The position numbers and the translations under genes were made by a program. The notes below the pieces were generated by a model, which was not told the origin of the DNA, did no database searches, and saw only the letters and a program-made list of their open reading frames with translations. Positions 10,579 to 22,537 of a stretch of DNA of 32,000 nucleotides are shown one piece after another. Source of the DNA: Synechocystis sp. PCC 6803 substr. PCC-P (GTDB lineage: Bacteria > Cyanobacteriota > Cyanobacteriia > Cyanobacteriales > Microcystaceae); contig NC_017039.1 of NCBI RefSeq assembly GCF_000284455.1, positions 1,080,001 through 1,112,000 on the forward strand, given 5' to 3'. How positions within the stretch are numbered: position 1 is the first letter of the stretch; each line of letters starts with the position of its first letter.

Positions 10579-10579
10579 G

Positions 10580-10823
10580 AAAAAAGAGCAGAAGAAATGG
10601 CTCCGACTACCAACCCGGACAAGCGTTGGATGAGTTAGAAGTCTTGGCCCACAGCAATTCAGAAAATACTATCGTTGCGGCCAGCTAAAAAACACGCATT
10701 TTAGCCATCTCAGTCCATACTTTTGATGATTTTCTCGACCATAACCCTGATTTTGCCCGACGGGTTTTGGAATTAGAACGTCGGCAGTTACAGCGGTTTG
10801 TGCGATCAATACAGCCCCTTTAG
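10580..10823 (+). pseudogene. Possible degraded ORF with one internal in-frame stop
   Basis: One frame reads ...GSDYQPGQALDELEVLAHSNSENTIVAAS* (TAA at 10686-10688), then continues KTRILAISVHTFDDFLDHNPDFARRVLELERRQLQRFVRSIQPL* to 10823, protein-like on both sides of the stop. Family not recognised. Confidence 0.35.
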
Positions 10824-10934
10824 GCTAATCGATTGAACACTCCACCCCCATAACGCATCGGTCAACATCGGAAAAAGTATAGAATATGGTCAAAAATACG
10901 ATTGTTAACGGTAAAATTCTAACCCTTTTCCGTA

Positions 10935-11534
10935 GTGACAATGAATCCTCTCCCATTACAGAAGGAAGCAGAGAAACGCTCGCCAAGGCTTAATTCCCCA
11001 TTTAAGTCACTAATGCGAATCCATTGGTGGATGGCCCTTGCCTATCTAATAGTTTTTTGCACTGGAACTTTAATGGTTAACTTAGAAAGGGGACAATTTT
11101 TACGCAGTGAACTATACGACTTCCACAAATCCATCGGTATATTAACCATGGCATTATTAACCTGGCGAATTTTCACCCTCTTACAGGTTTGGTGGCGTAA
11201 ATATACTAAACGTCCCCCAAAGTTATCTCTGGCTTGGTGGCGCACCTTTACTCTCCACCTGAGCCTATATGTATTTATGGGAGTGATCCCAATTTCTGGC
11301 TTTTTACTCTCAAATTCCTTTAAAGCTAATAATGTCAGATTTTTCTCCATCACATTGCCCGATATTTTTCCCCAAAACGAAGCCATGGTAGAAATTGGCC
11401 GTAATGCCCATTTTTGGTTAGCTTATACTTTTCTAATTTTTATCTTTATACATATGCTAACTTACTGGAAAGTAATCAGGGCTAATTGGCGACGGTGGGT
11501 CAACTTTATCGGTAAATTTCAACAGCAGACCTAA
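10935..11534 (+). CDS. Cytochrome b561-like / di-heme membrane protein
   Basis: 199 aa; MRIHWWMALAYLIVFCTGTLM, DFHKSIGILTMALLTWRIFT, FTLHLSLYVFMGVIPISGFLLS and NAHFWLAYTFLIFIFIHMLTYW, with spaced His residues in TM helices. Confidence 0.8.
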   Translation: MTMNPLPLQKEAEKRSPRLNSPFKSLMRIHWWMALAYLIVFCTGTLMVNLERGQFLRSELYDFHKSIGILTMALLTWRIFTLLQVWWRKYTKRPPKLSLAWWRTFTLHLSLYVFMGVIPISGFLLSNSFKANNVRFFSITLPDIFPQNEAMVEIGRNAHFWLAYTFLIFIFIHMLTYWKVIRANWRRWVNFIGKFQQQT

Positions 11535-11571
11535 TTTTTTTGTCTTAAGTCAATCAACCAGAACTGGCATT

Positions 11572-11886
11572 ATGTTCAACTTTTTTGTCAGACTGTCCGC
11601 CATTGGTGGTATGGGAGTGGGAGCTGCGGTGGCCATAGTCAGTGGTGCTTGTAGTGTTCTGGATATGGTCCGCTTAACAGAGGCTAACGCCCTGGTTCAA
11701 CAGGAAGTTCGTCGATCTTCCCCCGCTAGGGCAGATTACCTTTACAGCCGGGAAATGACCCACCGCATTAATGTCTTTGCCGAAGGGGTATGGGCCCTGG
11801 GGGGCTGTATTTTGTACATCAACTCCTTGGCCCTACTGCGACAAACCGCAACAAATAACAAAGGCGATCATTCCCTTCATTCGTAG
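11572..11886 (+). CDS. Small hypothetical membrane protein
   Basis: 104 aa; two hydrophobic segments, starts 38 bp after the cytochrome b561 gene on the same strand. Confidence 0.6.
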   Translation: MFNFFVRLSAIGGMGVGAAVAIVSGACSVLDMVRLTEANALVQQEVRRSSPARADYLYSREMTHRINVFAEGVWALGGCILYINSLALLRQTATNNKGDHSLHS

Positions 11887-11952
11887 GAGAAGCTAACAGG
11901 TTGAAAATTGTTTCATTAATTCTCTACCTAACCTTTTTGCTCTTTCAATCAT

Positions 11953-13155
11953 TCATCGATCAAGACGATTTTCGATTCCTTCACAGCCGCCGGGGATAGT
12001 TTTTCTGGTTAACGTTCCTCCCCAGGCACAGCAATAGCACCTCTGCTCCTCACTCATGTTCTTAGTCTTACTAAAATTGGCATTTTCCACCACTGCGCCC
12101 GTATATTCGCCGGTTTCGTAGTTGGGAATATGGTTGCGGCTGCGGGGACTAGCCTGGTCCCAGGTGCCGTAGAATAGCCTAGTTCCCTTGAGGTCAGCCC
12201 CATCAAGATTAGCCTCGTATAGCACTGTCCTGGATAGATTAGCTTTGACCAAATCCGCTTGGCTGAGGTTTGCCCGGATGAGGTAAATCTCGCTCAGATC
12301 CACCCAGCGCAGATCCTGGCCGACTAAATCCGCCGCCACTAGCATCACCCCCAGATTGATTACCCTCAGGCCGTGAATGCGGTCCTCTTGGTAGCCCCCC
12401 ATGCCGTCAAAAATAGGGCGACCGAGGTAATAGTCCCGCTTTAGGGGAGTGAGTAAGCGGGATTGGGAAAGAAAGCGGAGAATTTTTGCTTTACCACCGG
12501 AATCGACGCTGGCGAGGATTGCTGCTGTTCTACCTTCGGCAAAGGCCCGTTCCTGGGGCCAATCCTCCAACATGCCTTCATCACTTAAAGCTAGGTCTGA
12601 GATGCCCTGGAAATAGGCGTCAACGGTTTGTTGCTGGGTAATACGATTTTGCTGAATGGTCAAATCCTTGGAAATGACATATTGTTGCCAAGCCACGTAC
12701 ACAGCTAGAACAGCAATCATAATTTGCCCTAGGGCTCCCACCCATTCCGCCCAGGAACCAAATTCGTCGTATTTAAACTGATTGAGCCAATATTTGAGGG
12801 AACTGTAGACACCTAGATAGTGGGCTAGGGCACCGATCGCCAGGACAAAACCTAAACCCCCGAGCAGGGAACGGCGCTCCTGAACAGTGAGGTAATGCTG
12901 TACCCAGGATTTGATGGTGGGGAGAATGACCTGGAGGGAAAACATCAGGGCCAACACCGCCGAAGTAAATCCCAACCAAGAGGACTGGAAAATTAGCCCC
13001 AGCCCGATGCCCACCACCGTAACCACTAGTAACCAGGGCATGGCCGGTTCAACGGACTCTTGAAATACCCATTGGGGCAAGGAACGACGGGGTGCAATGG
13101 TTTCCTCCGATCCTAGGACTGGAGGTAAATTGGACAACTCATTGGGCATGGCCAA
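11953..13155 (-). CDS. Membrane protein with C-terminal pentapeptide repeats
   Basis: 400 aa; N-terminal TM segments, C-terminal A(D/N)LXX repeats (IRANLSQADLVKANLSRTVLYEANLDGADLKG). Confidence 0.85.
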   Translation of the reverse strand: MAMPNELSNLPPVLGSEETIAPRRSLPQWVFQESVEPAMPWLLVVTVVGIGLGLIFQSSWLGFTSAVLALMFSLQVILPTIKSWVQHYLTVQERRSLLGGLGFVLAIGALAHYLGVYSSLKYWLNQFKYDEFGSWAEWVGALGQIMIAVLAVYVAWQQYVISKDLTIQQNRITQQQTVDAYFQGISDLALSDEGMLEDWPQERAFAEGRTAAILASVDSGGKAKILRFLSQSRLLTPLKRDYYLGRPIFDGMGGYQEDRIHGLRVINLGVMLVAADLVGQDLRWVDLSEIYLIRANLSQADLVKANLSRTVLYEANLDGADLKGTRLFYGTWDQASPRSRNHIPNYETGEYTGAVVENANFSKTKNMSEEQRCYCCAWGGTLTRKTIPGGCEGIENRLDR

Positions 13156-13179
13156 AACTATTCAGGACAAGGGCAATTC

Positions 13180-13845
13180 CTAGGATTTTAATGGATACCA
13201 GCGATGGTTATCCAAGGAGGCGATCGCCGTAAGCAGTTCTTTGGGCTGATGTACCAAAAAATCCGGCTCATATTCCTGCAAAATGGCCGGTGGACTAAAT
13301 CCCCAAGCCACGGAAACCATCGTTAACCGACTTTTTTTAGCGGCGCTGATATCTCTGGTTTCATCTCCCACATAAATTACCTCATCAGTTCCAAACTTAT
13401 GCTCCTTCAACACCCGATTGATAATGCGGTTTTTGCCAAATAGGGTGGTGCCAGCTTTGACAAAAGCAAAAATATCTTCTAGACCATTGTTGTGTAAAAA
13501 TGATAGTACGTTATCTTTGGAGTTGGAAGTGACAATGCCCAAAACGTAGCCCTTTTGGTTGAGCAGAGTTAATACTTCTTTAATGTCGCCATAGGGTTTG
13601 AGGTCTTTGATTTCTTTGCCCAATTCTTTTTTGAAGCGCTTGAGAATAAAAGGAATTTTAAACGGAGAAATTTGGGAATATTTGATAATTTCGGCGGAGC
13701 TTAGTTTTTTTAGGCGGGCCAACTCTGTTTTATCCACCGCTGGGTAGCCAAACTCGTCTGCCAAGCGATTGACGATGGCAAAAAAAGCATCGTGGGTATC
13801 GGCAATGGTGCCGTCAAAATCGAACAATACAGCTTTAATGGCCAT
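13180..13845 (-). CDS. HAD-superfamily hydrolase (phosphoglycolate phosphatase-like)
   Basis: 221 aa; motif I LFDFDGTIADTHD, motif II GIVTSNSKDN, motif IV VIYVGDETRDISAAKKS. Confidence 0.9.
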   Translation of the reverse strand: MAIKAVLFDFDGTIADTHDAFFAIVNRLADEFGYPAVDKTELARLKKLSSAEIIKYSQISPFKIPFILKRFKKELGKEIKDLKPYGDIKEVLTLLNQKGYVLGIVTSNSKDNVLSFLHNNGLEDIFAFVKAGTTLFGKNRIINRVLKEHKFGTDEVIYVGDETRDISAAKKSRLTMVSVAWGFSPPAILQEYEPDFLVHQPKELLTAIASLDNHRWYPLKS

Positions 13846-13880
13846 GGTGAGGAGGATGGGCCAAATAGTTGGTCAGTCCT

Positions 13881-14813
13881 TCATTGTAGATTAGCCTGGG
13901 CGTTCCGCCGTAACATAGCTGGTTTTATTCGCCTCAAGGCCGAAGCGGTGAACTGTTGCTGCCAATCAGCTTCGGTGATATTGGCTAAAGTTTCTAACTC
14001 TGGGTTGAGATTGCCCTCGTAGGGATCAAAATCCGCCACATCGGTGGGTTGGGCAAAACGCTGATTCCAGGGGCACACATCTTGGCAAATGTCGCACCCT
14101 GCCACCCAACCTTGCAAATTGTCGGCGATCGCCGTTGGTAGGATTTCTGCCCGATTTTCAATGGTGTGGTAAGCAATGCATTTATTGCTGTCCACCACGA
14201 AGGGTTCCACAATGGCCTGGGTGGGACAGGCTTCTAGGCAACGGGTGCAGGTGCCACAATGTTGGCTATGGGGGCGATCGCCTTGGAGAGTGATATTAGT
14301 GACAATTTCCCCTAAAAATAACCAACTGCCGTAATCCCGACTGATCAAATTACCGTTTTTTCCTACCCAACCAAGACCGGCCCGTTCCGCCCAAGCTTTT
14401 TCCTGGATGGGGCCCGTATCTACGTAATAACGGCTCTGTAAATCTGGCACCTGTTGTTCGAGCCAGAGATTAAGGGCTTTTAGCTTTTTAGTTAACACCC
14501 GATGGTAATCCCTTCCCCAGGCATAGCGGGAAATTTTGCCATGGGCGGGGTCTCCACTGCGCTGGTGGGGAGTGTAATAATTCAAACCCACCGCAATTAC
14601 TGACCGGGCTGAGGGTAAAAGCTCCCGAATATTTTGCCGTTTGGGATTAGCCATCCAAGCCATATCGGCGTTATAGCCCAGGGCAATCCAACTCTGTAAT
14701 CTTTGGGCAGCTTCATCATTCTCCGTTTCCGACACTGGCGCAATGCCCACCCGATGGAAACTGATCGCCAACGCTTGGGCTTTAATACGTTCTTCTAGGG
14801 ATGCTTGGGACAA
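13881..14813 (-). CDS. queG: Epoxyqueuosine reductase
   Basis: 310 aa; motifs [44 protein letters not shown] and two ferredoxin-like clusters ([23 protein letters not shown]). Confidence 0.94.
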   Translation of the reverse strand: MSQASLEERIKAQALAISFHRVGIAPVSETENDEAAQRLQSWIALGYNADMAWMANPKRQNIRELLPSARSVIAVGLNYYTPHQRSGDPAHGKISRYAWGRDYHRVLTKKLKALNLWLEQQVPDLQSRYYVDTGPIQEKAWAERAGLGWVGKNGNLISRDYGSWLFLGEIVTNITLQGDRPHSQHCGTCTRCLEACPTQAIVEPFVVDSNKCIAYHTIENRAEILPTAIADNLQGWVAGCDICQDVCPWNQRFAQPTDVADFDPYEGNLNPELETLANITEADWQQQFTASALRRIKPAMLRRNAQANLQ

Positions 14814-14903
14814 GGGCGCAGGAAAAATAAAATTTGAGAGCTACAATTTCCCAGGGTTAACCGGTGACTGACTTAAGCTAACCTTTGACCACCTACTTTT
14901 TAC

Positions 14904-15398
14904 TTAACCTTCCGTCAAAGGAGCCATGGCCCGCATCAAACTAGCCATTTCCAATGCATTCATGGCGTAGCCCCAGCCGTGGTTACTCTTAATCCCCGCC
15001 CTTTCTAGGGCCTGTTGCATGGTATCCGTGGTTAAAATGCCAAAAATTACCGGTACCCCAGTCTGGCTGGCGATCGCCGCAATGCCCTTGGCCGCTTCTC
15101 CGGCCACAAAATCAAAATGGGGGGTTTGTCCCCGAATCACCGCCCCTAGGCAGATAATGGCATCATACTGCCCCGACACTGCCAACTTACGGGTTACCAA
15201 TGGCACCTCAAAGCTACCGGGAACCCAAATATAGTCCACCTGGGTACCGGCGGGGTCCACATCAATGCCATGACGTTTGAGGCAATCTTGGCAACCAGAA
15301 AGTAGCTTTTCCGTTACTAAATCATTGAAACGGGCAATTACAAGGGCAAAACGAAATGGCCGGGCCGGAGGAGTAAACGACCCTTCATAAACTGTCAT
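14904..15398 (-). CDS. ribH: 6,7-dimethyl-8-ribityllumazine synthase
   Basis: 164 aa; IVIARFND-like start, [55 protein letters not shown]. Confidence 0.96.
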   Translation of the reverse strand: MTVYEGSFTPPARPFRFALVIARFNDLVTEKLLSGCQDCLKRHGIDVDPAGTQVDYIWVPGSFEVPLVTRKLAVSGQYDAIICLGAVIRGQTPHFDFVAGEAAKGIAAIASQTGVPVIFGILTTDTMQQALERAGIKSNHGWGYAMNALEMASLMRAMAPLTEG

Positions 15399-15502
15399 GG
15401 TGTAGTTCCCTAGATCGGGTTAGCGGTAGATCAGAGTTTTTCGGGGCTATCCCCCACAGCCCAGGCCATGGGGAAATTACCGGGATAGGGCGATCGCCTC
15501 CC

Positions 15503-16938
<1,436 letters not shown>

Positions 16939-17331
16939 TGTTCAAATTCTATTGTTTTCTGAGCGGGAGGGCATTGTGGCAGCAACTATTAACCAGGGCC
17001 CCCGGGCAACATCAAAGGGCGGGTTTGAGCAACTCACCCAATCTCTAAATTTTGGGAAAAGTTAGAGAAAACTCTCCCTTTGTCTTGAAATTTAGGAGAC
17101 AAACTAAGAATTTTGCAAACAAAGCCCAAGCGCCATTTCACCCGGCGATCGCCTGAGGCTAAAGTCGGCCCGAAGACGGCGCTCAAAATTGTCCATCCCG
17201 GTGGTGGTCTTGCCCCCTTTGTCCAACGCGTACTGTATAATTGAGAGTCTGTATCCTGGCTTGTACGGTAAGTAACAGGAGGCACGCATATTCACTAAAC
17301 GGAGACTAAGGGATTAGGACTTAAAACTTAC

Positions 17332-18318
17332 ATGGTCAGTCAAACTTCTACAGCAACTATTGGATTCACTCTCGAGGACTTTGCCGCCCTTCTTGACAAG
17401 TACGATTATCACTTTAGTCCTGGGGACATTGTCGCTGGGACCGTTTTTAGCATGGAGTCCCGGGGGGCTCTGATTGACATTGGGGCGAAAACCGCCGCCT
17501 ACATTCCCATTCAGGAAATGTCGATCAACCGTGTGGATGACCCTGAAGAGGTGCTCCAGCCCAATGAAACCCGGGAATTTTTCATTCTGACCGATGAAAA
17601 CGAAGATGGTCAGCTCACCCTCTCCATCCGCCGGATTGAATATATGCGGGCTTGGGAACGGGTCAGACAACTCCAGGCAGAAGATGCCACGGTGCGCTCC
17701 AATGTTTTTGCCACAAACCGTGGTGGTGCCTTAGTCAGAATTGAAGGACTGCGGGGCTTTATTCCCGGCTCCCACATCAGCGCTCGGGAAGCGAAAGAGG
17801 ATCTAGTAGGGGAAGATCTGCCCCTGAAGTTTTTGGAAGTGGACGAAGAGCGTAATCGCCTCGTGCTCAGCCACCGTCGGGCTCTGGTAGAGCGGAAGAT
17901 GAACGGTTTAGAAGTGGCCCAGGTAGTGGTGGGTTCCGTCCGGGGCATCAAACCCTACGGTGCTTTCATCGATATCGGCGGTGTCAGCGGTCTGTTGCAC
18001 ATTTCTGAGATTTCCCACGACCACATTGATACTCCCCACAGCGTCTTCAATGTCAATGATGAAATCAAGGTGATGATTATTGACCTGGATGCGGAACGGG
18101 GTCGTATTTCCCTTTCCACCAAGCAATTGGAGCCAGAACCCGGTGCCATGCTAAAAGACCGGGATTTAGTCAACGAAATGGCGGACGAAATGGCGGAAAT
18201 TTTCCGGCAAAAACGTTTAGCGGAAGCCCAGGGCATTCCCTATGAGCCCCCCACTTCCGTTGATGACACCGATGATGAGGAAGATGAGTCCCTGGCTGTC
18301 AGCGCTGTGGATGAATAA
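17332..18318 (+). CDS. rps1: 30S ribosomal protein S1
   Basis: 328 aa with three S1 domains (PGDIVAGTVFSMESRGALIDIGAKTAAYIP; GLRGFIPGSHIS; VVVGSVRGIKPYGAFIDIGGVSGLLHISEI). Confidence 0.96.
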   Translation: MVSQTSTATIGFTLEDFAALLDKYDYHFSPGDIVAGTVFSMESRGALIDIGAKTAAYIPIQEMSINRVDDPEEVLQPNETREFFILTDENEDGQLTLSIRRIEYMRAWERVRQLQAEDATVRSNVFATNRGGALVRIEGLRGFIPGSHISAREAKEDLVGEDLPLKFLEVDEERNRLVLSHRRALVERKMNGLEVAQVVVGSVRGIKPYGAFIDIGGVSGLLHISEISHDHIDTPHSVFNVNDEIKVMIIDLDAERGRISLSTKQLEPEPGAMLKDRDLVNEMADEMAEIFRQKRLAEAQGIPYEPPTSVDDTDDEEDESLAVSAVDE

Positions 18319-18408
18319 TAAACAATTGGCTGCCTAATGCTTGCACAGTTAGGCTGGGCCTGAATCTATAGATCCAATCAGATCAATCCCAATAGTGATC
18401 GCCAAATT

Positions 18409-18438
18409 CCCTGGGTTTTAAGCTGCTCAGGGTTTTTT
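18409..18438 (+). terminator. Candidate intrinsic terminator downstream of rps1
   Basis: CCCTG (18409-18413) ... CAGGG (18428-18432) followed by TTTTTT. The stem is short and the loop is 14 nt. Confidence 0.45.
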
Positions 18439-18507
18439 CTTGCCATTTTGAAAACCATCAGCAATTACCACTGAAGAATCTACAGAGGTTGAGGCTTTGT
18501 TTTTATA

Positions 18508-19452
18508 GTCATTTCAATTAACGATGAGAGAATTTAATGTAAAATTATGGAGTGTACAAAATGAACAGGTTTAAACAATGGCTTACAGTTTAGATTTGAG
18601 GCAAAGAGTAGTAGCTTATATAGAAGCTGGAGGAAAAATAACTGAGGCTTCCAAGATATATAAAATAGGAAAAGCCTCGATATACAGATGGTTAAATAGA
18701 GTAGATTTAAGCCCAACAAAAGTAGAGCGTCGCCATAGGAAATTAGACTGGGAAGCTCTAAAAAAAGACGTAGAAGAAAATCCCGATGCAAGATTGATAG
18801 ACAGAGCCAAGAAATTTGGAGTGAGGCCGAGTGCCGTATATTACGCATTAAAGAAAATGAAAATAAACAGAAAAAAAAAAGAACTACGTTATCGAGAAAG
18901 AAACCGGGAGGAACGAGTTAAGTACTATAGAATGTTAAGAGAACTAATTAAGCTCTATGGTAGTCAAGCTATAGTTTACATAGATGAATCTGGATTCGAA
19001 GCAATCCAGGCTTGTATTTATGCCTGGTCAAAAAAAGGAAAAAAAGTTTATGGAGATAGACAAGGAAAAAGGGGAGTCAGAGAAAATCTAGTAGCAGGGA
19101 GAAGAAAAGGAAAAAAAGATTTGATTGCGCCGATGGTTTTTACCGGGAGTTTGAATGCAGAAGGCTTTGAAGGATGGTTAAATTTATATTTGCTATCCTC
19201 CCTCGACATTCCATCAATATTAATAATGGATAATGCTCCTATTCATCGTAAAACTGCCATTAAAGAATTGGCTAAAGAAGCAGGTCATGAAGTTCTTTTT
19301 TTGCCGAAATATTCTCCTGATTTAAATGATATTGAGCATGACTTTAGTGCCTTGAAACGAGCTAGAATGTACGCTCCTATTGACACGTCTCTTGATGAAA
19401 TTATCCGTTCTTACTGTGGCGTTTAGCGTCTCAGCTTTATTTGAAACTACTA
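18508..19452 (+). mobile_element. IS630/Tc1-mariner family insertion sequence, ISY100-like
   Basis: Imperfect terminal inverted repeats TAGTCATTTCAATTAACGATGAGA (left) and TAGTAGTTTCAAATAAAGCTGAGA (reverse complement of right end), both starting with TA, flanking a full-length 282 aa transposase. Confidence 0.88.
18578..19426 (+). CDS. IS630-family (ISY100-like) transposase
   Basis: 282 aa; N-terminal HTH (YSLDLRQRVVAYIEAGG...IYRWLNR), catalytic motifs IVYIDESGF, LIMDNAPIH and PDLNDIEHDFSALK. Confidence 0.93.
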   Translation: MAYSLDLRQRVVAYIEAGGKITEASKIYKIGKASIYRWLNRVDLSPTKVERRHRKLDWEALKKDVEENPDARLIDRAKKFGVRPSAVYYALKKMKINRKKKELRYRERNREERVKYYRMLRELIKLYGSQAIVYIDESGFEAIQACIYAWSKKGKKVYGDRQGKRGVRENLVAGRRKGKKDLIAPMVFTGSLNAEGFEGWLNLYLLSSLDIPSILIMDNAPIHRKTAIKELAKEAGHEVLFLPKYSPDLNDIEHDFSALKRARMYAPIDTSLDEIIRSYCGV

Positions 19453-19468
19453 CATTATCGGAACAACA

Positions 19469-20623
19469 TTAATCAATTTCGGACGGCCACCGTTCCTCTA
19501 GTTGACCAGCATTAACTTTGAGAATCTGGGCCGATCGCCGCCAGCGGTCATCAAAACGACTTAAATGGGTGGTGGTGATCAGGGTTTGAAAACGATCCTC
19601 AATGGCCATTAACAATTGTCCCTGGCGATCGAGGTCTAATTCCGCCAAGACATCGTCCAATAACAACAGTGGTGGTTCTCCAATAACCGTTTCAATCAAG
19701 CTCAATTCCGCCAATTTTAATGCTAGGACTAGAGTTCTTTGCTGTCCCTGGGAGCCATAGGTTCTAGCGGGAGTGTCGTCGAGGACAAACCCCACTTCGT
19801 CCCGATGGGGCCCCACCACCGTTGTCCCCAGATGTAATTCTGCCGATCGCCGTTGGGCTAATTTTTCTAAAAAAGCCTGGTGCACCACTTCCGGATCATC
19901 CCCCACCCAGGTGACATTGGGTTGATAGGTAACGGTCAGGGTTTCATTGCCACCGCTAATGCGCCCATGCCATTCCTGGGCCAAAGGAGCAAGACGGGCT
20001 AAACCCCTCGCCCGACGGCGGACTACCCTAGTGCCCATTTCCACCAACTGCTGGTCCCAGAGAGACAAAGAAGCTGTCGACTCTTCCCCCAAAGCTAGTC
20101 CCGTTTCCCATTGTTGTCGTAGGCTTTTTAGTAGAGCATTTCTTTGCTTAACAATGTGCTGGTACTGCCCCAACAGATGGGCATAGAGGGGTTCTAGCTG
20201 GGTTAACAAAGTATCTAGCCATTGACGGCGACAATCGGGCGCTCCCCGGACTAAATCCAAATCTAAACAGGAAAATTCCACCGCATTTAAACAGCCTAAA
20301 AAATCCAACTGACGACGACATTGATTTTGGTTAATGCGTAGGTTGCGCCGCCCCGATCGCCGTAGGTCAATTTCTAACTCCGCCACACTGTATTGCCTTT
20401 CCAGTAGGGCTTTAATTTGCCCATTGGCCGCCCCGTCTAGCACCAATTCCTGATCCCGACTAGTGCGATGGCTTTTGAGCGTTGCCAACAGTTCCACCGC
20501 TTCCAATAAGTTAGATTTCCCCTGGGCATTATTGCCCACCAAAATGGTTTTTTGAGCAGAAAATTCCACCTCTTCTTCGAGGTAATTGCGAAAGGCCCGT
20601 AAATAGAGTTTTTTCAGGTACAT
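19469..20623 (-). CDS. recF: DNA replication and repair protein RecF
   Basis: Walker A ILVGNNAQGKSNLLEAVELLA; YGSQGQQRTLVLALKLAEL; PPLLLLDDVLAELD. The likely start is MYLKKLYLRAFRNY (20623), giving 384 aa. The ORF track extends 10 aa upstream. Confidence 0.94.
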   Translation of the reverse strand: MYLKKLYLRAFRNYLEEEVEFSAQKTILVGNNAQGKSNLLEAVELLATLKSHRTSRDQELVLDGAANGQIKALLERQYSVAELEIDLRRSGRRNLRINQNQCRRQLDFLGCLNAVEFSCLDLDLVRGAPDCRRQWLDTLLTQLEPLYAHLLGQYQHIVKQRNALLKSLRQQWETGLALGEESTASLSLWDQQLVEMGTRVVRRRARGLARLAPLAQEWHGRISGGNETLTVTYQPNVTWVGDDPEVVHQAFLEKLAQRRSAELHLGTTVVGPHRDEVGFVLDDTPARTYGSQGQQRTLVLALKLAELSLIETVIGEPPLLLLDDVLAELDLDRQGQLLMAIEDRFQTLITTTHLSRFDDRWRRSAQILKVNAGQLEERWPSEID

Positions 20624-20664
20624 TTTCCAACTAAACGGGGCAAAAATTGGCAATATTTTCTAGC

Positions 20665-22404
20665 TTAGGAAGCAAACTGTTGGGCGTGGAAACGAGCATA
20701 ACGACCTTGGTGGGCCATTAACTCCTGATGGCTACCCATTTCGACAATTTCTCCCCTTTCCAACACCACAATGCGGGTGGCTTTACGCACGGTGGCTAAA
20801 CGGTGGGCAATGACAAACACAGTTCTTTCTTGGACAATGCGCTCCAAGGCTTCCTGCACCAAAGCTTCCGACTCCGAATCAAGGGCAGAAGTCGCTTCGT
20901 CCAAGATTAAAATGCTGGGATTTCTTAAAACCGCCCTAGCAATGGCAATGCGCTGACGTTGGCCGCCCGAAAGGGTAACCCCCCGTTCCCCCACATAGGT
21001 ATAATACCCTTGACTTAATTCAGTGATAAATTGGTGGGCATTGGCAATGCGGGCCGCCTCCTCAATCGCTGCCAAATCTAAATCAGTTTTGCCGAACGCA
21101 ATATTTTGGGCGATCGTGCCGGAAAAAAGGATATTTTCTTGGGGCACAATGGCAATTTGTTCTCGCAAACTTTTCAACGTAATGCTATCAATGGCATGGC
21201 CGTCAATACGTAAACAGCCGCCAGTCACGTTATGGAGTCGCATTAACAAGTTTACCAGGGTACTTTTGCCCGCCCCCGAAGCCCCCACCAAAGCGATCAT
21301 TTCCCCCGGCTGGGCTTGTAAATTAATCCCTTTTAAGACCAGTTTATCTTCTAGATAGGCAAAGTCCACATGGTCATAATCCACCGCTCCTTGGAGATGG
21401 TCAATGGCGATCGCCGTGGGGCTATCTTCCACCGAAGGTTGCAGGTCGAAAATTTCAAAAATGCGGTCAACGGAGGCTTCTCCCTGTTTGAACAAATTGT
21501 AATTGCTGGTGATGTGACTAATGGGGTCAATCAACATTGCTACCCCGGTGACGTAGCTAATAAATTCAATGCCAGTTAAATTACCGAGGGAAATTTGCCA
21601 AGCCGCCAGGCAAAATAAAACCACCACTCCCATAGCTTCTAAAAAACCCACTACGACAAACTGTAACGCCTTCATCCGTTCGGCCAAAAACTGCGATCGC
21701 CGATGTTGTTGGGCCTCTTCCCGGAATAAATCTAACTGATAATCTTCTGCGGCAAAGGCTTTAACTAAACGGATGGCTCCCAACGTTTCCGTCAACAAAG
21801 AAGACAGATTAGAAATCCGAGTCTGGCTACGGCGACTAAACTTTAATAACTGTTCTCCAAAAAAGCCAATTAGCACCGCCATTAAGGGAGCAATTACCAA
21901 TACCGCACAGGTCAGGGCCCAGTTGAGATAGAACATGTAACCAAACACCACCACCAGTTGCAACGCCGAAGGGACAAAATCGTGGAATAACTTATTCACC
22001 ACTTCCCCAATGCGGTCAATATCCTCCGTCAGCCGGTAGGACAAATCCCCCGTTTTTGCTTCTTCAAAATAGCTCAGGCTTAGTCGTTGCAGATGGGCAT
22101 AGGTCTGTTCCCGCAGAGTTAATGCCATATTGAGGGCAGCCTTGGCCATGAGGGTATCCTGCCCATACTGGGCCATGCCCCGCACCAGAAAAATCCCCGC
22201 TGCGACCCCCGCCATGATTAAAATGGAGCGCACATCCCCTGCACCGATATATTTGGCCATGCGCCCCACCAACCAGGCTAGAATGGGCCAAAAAACAGTG
22301 AATAGCAGAGTACAGAGGAAAGCCAGCCCAATAGTCCGCCGATGGGGACGAATATAGGGGATTAACAGCCAGTAGCGGGATTTAAGGGAAGATTTTTTCT
22401 GCAA
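20665..22404 (-). CDS. ABC transporter, fused permease-ATPase (MsbA/lipid exporter-like)
   Basis: 579 aa; Walker A ALVGASGAGKSTLVNLLMR, signature LSGGQRQRIAIARAVLRNPSILILDEATSALD, six-TM N-terminus. Confidence 0.93.
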   Translation of the reverse strand: MQKKSSLKSRYWLLIPYIRPHRRTIGLAFLCTLLFTVFWPILAWLVGRMAKYIGAGDVRSILIMAGVAAGIFLVRGMAQYGQDTLMAKAALNMALTLREQTYAHLQRLSLSYFEEAKTGDLSYRLTEDIDRIGEVVNKLFHDFVPSALQLVVVFGYMFYLNWALTCAVLVIAPLMAVLIGFFGEQLLKFSRRSQTRISNLSSLLTETLGAIRLVKAFAAEDYQLDLFREEAQQHRRSQFLAERMKALQFVVVGFLEAMGVVVLFCLAAWQISLGNLTGIEFISYVTGVAMLIDPISHITSNYNLFKQGEASVDRIFEIFDLQPSVEDSPTAIAIDHLQGAVDYDHVDFAYLEDKLVLKGINLQAQPGEMIALVGASGAGKSTLVNLLMRLHNVTGGCLRIDGHAIDSITLKSLREQIAIVPQENILFSGTIAQNIAFGKTDLDLAAIEEAARIANAHQFITELSQGYYTYVGERGVTLSGGQRQRIAIARAVLRNPSILILDEATSALDSESEALVQEALERIVQERTVFVIAHRLATVRKATRIVVLERGEIVEMGSHQELMAHQGRYARFHAQQFAS

Positions 22405-22537
22405 AGGACTAAATTACGTCGGGAAAAGAACCCCGTTGATTCTACCAAAATGTTACTGTTCCAGGGGGTGGGGAATGGGAACTCCATTGGGATGATGCTT
22501 CCTGTTCTCGCCCTGTTACTGGGTCCCTAATTATTCC

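Noticed and set aside
15430-15480. Possible psbZ terminator (GGGGATAGCCCC and CCCCA...TGGGG hairpins).
   Set aside because: No following T-run on the minus strand, so I could not support an intrinsic terminator.
17034-17295. Small minus-strand ORFs (83 and 63 aa) upstream of rps1.
   Set aside because: No recognisable family; the region more likely contains the rps1 promoter/leader (TATAAT at 17236-17241, but without a well-spaced -35).
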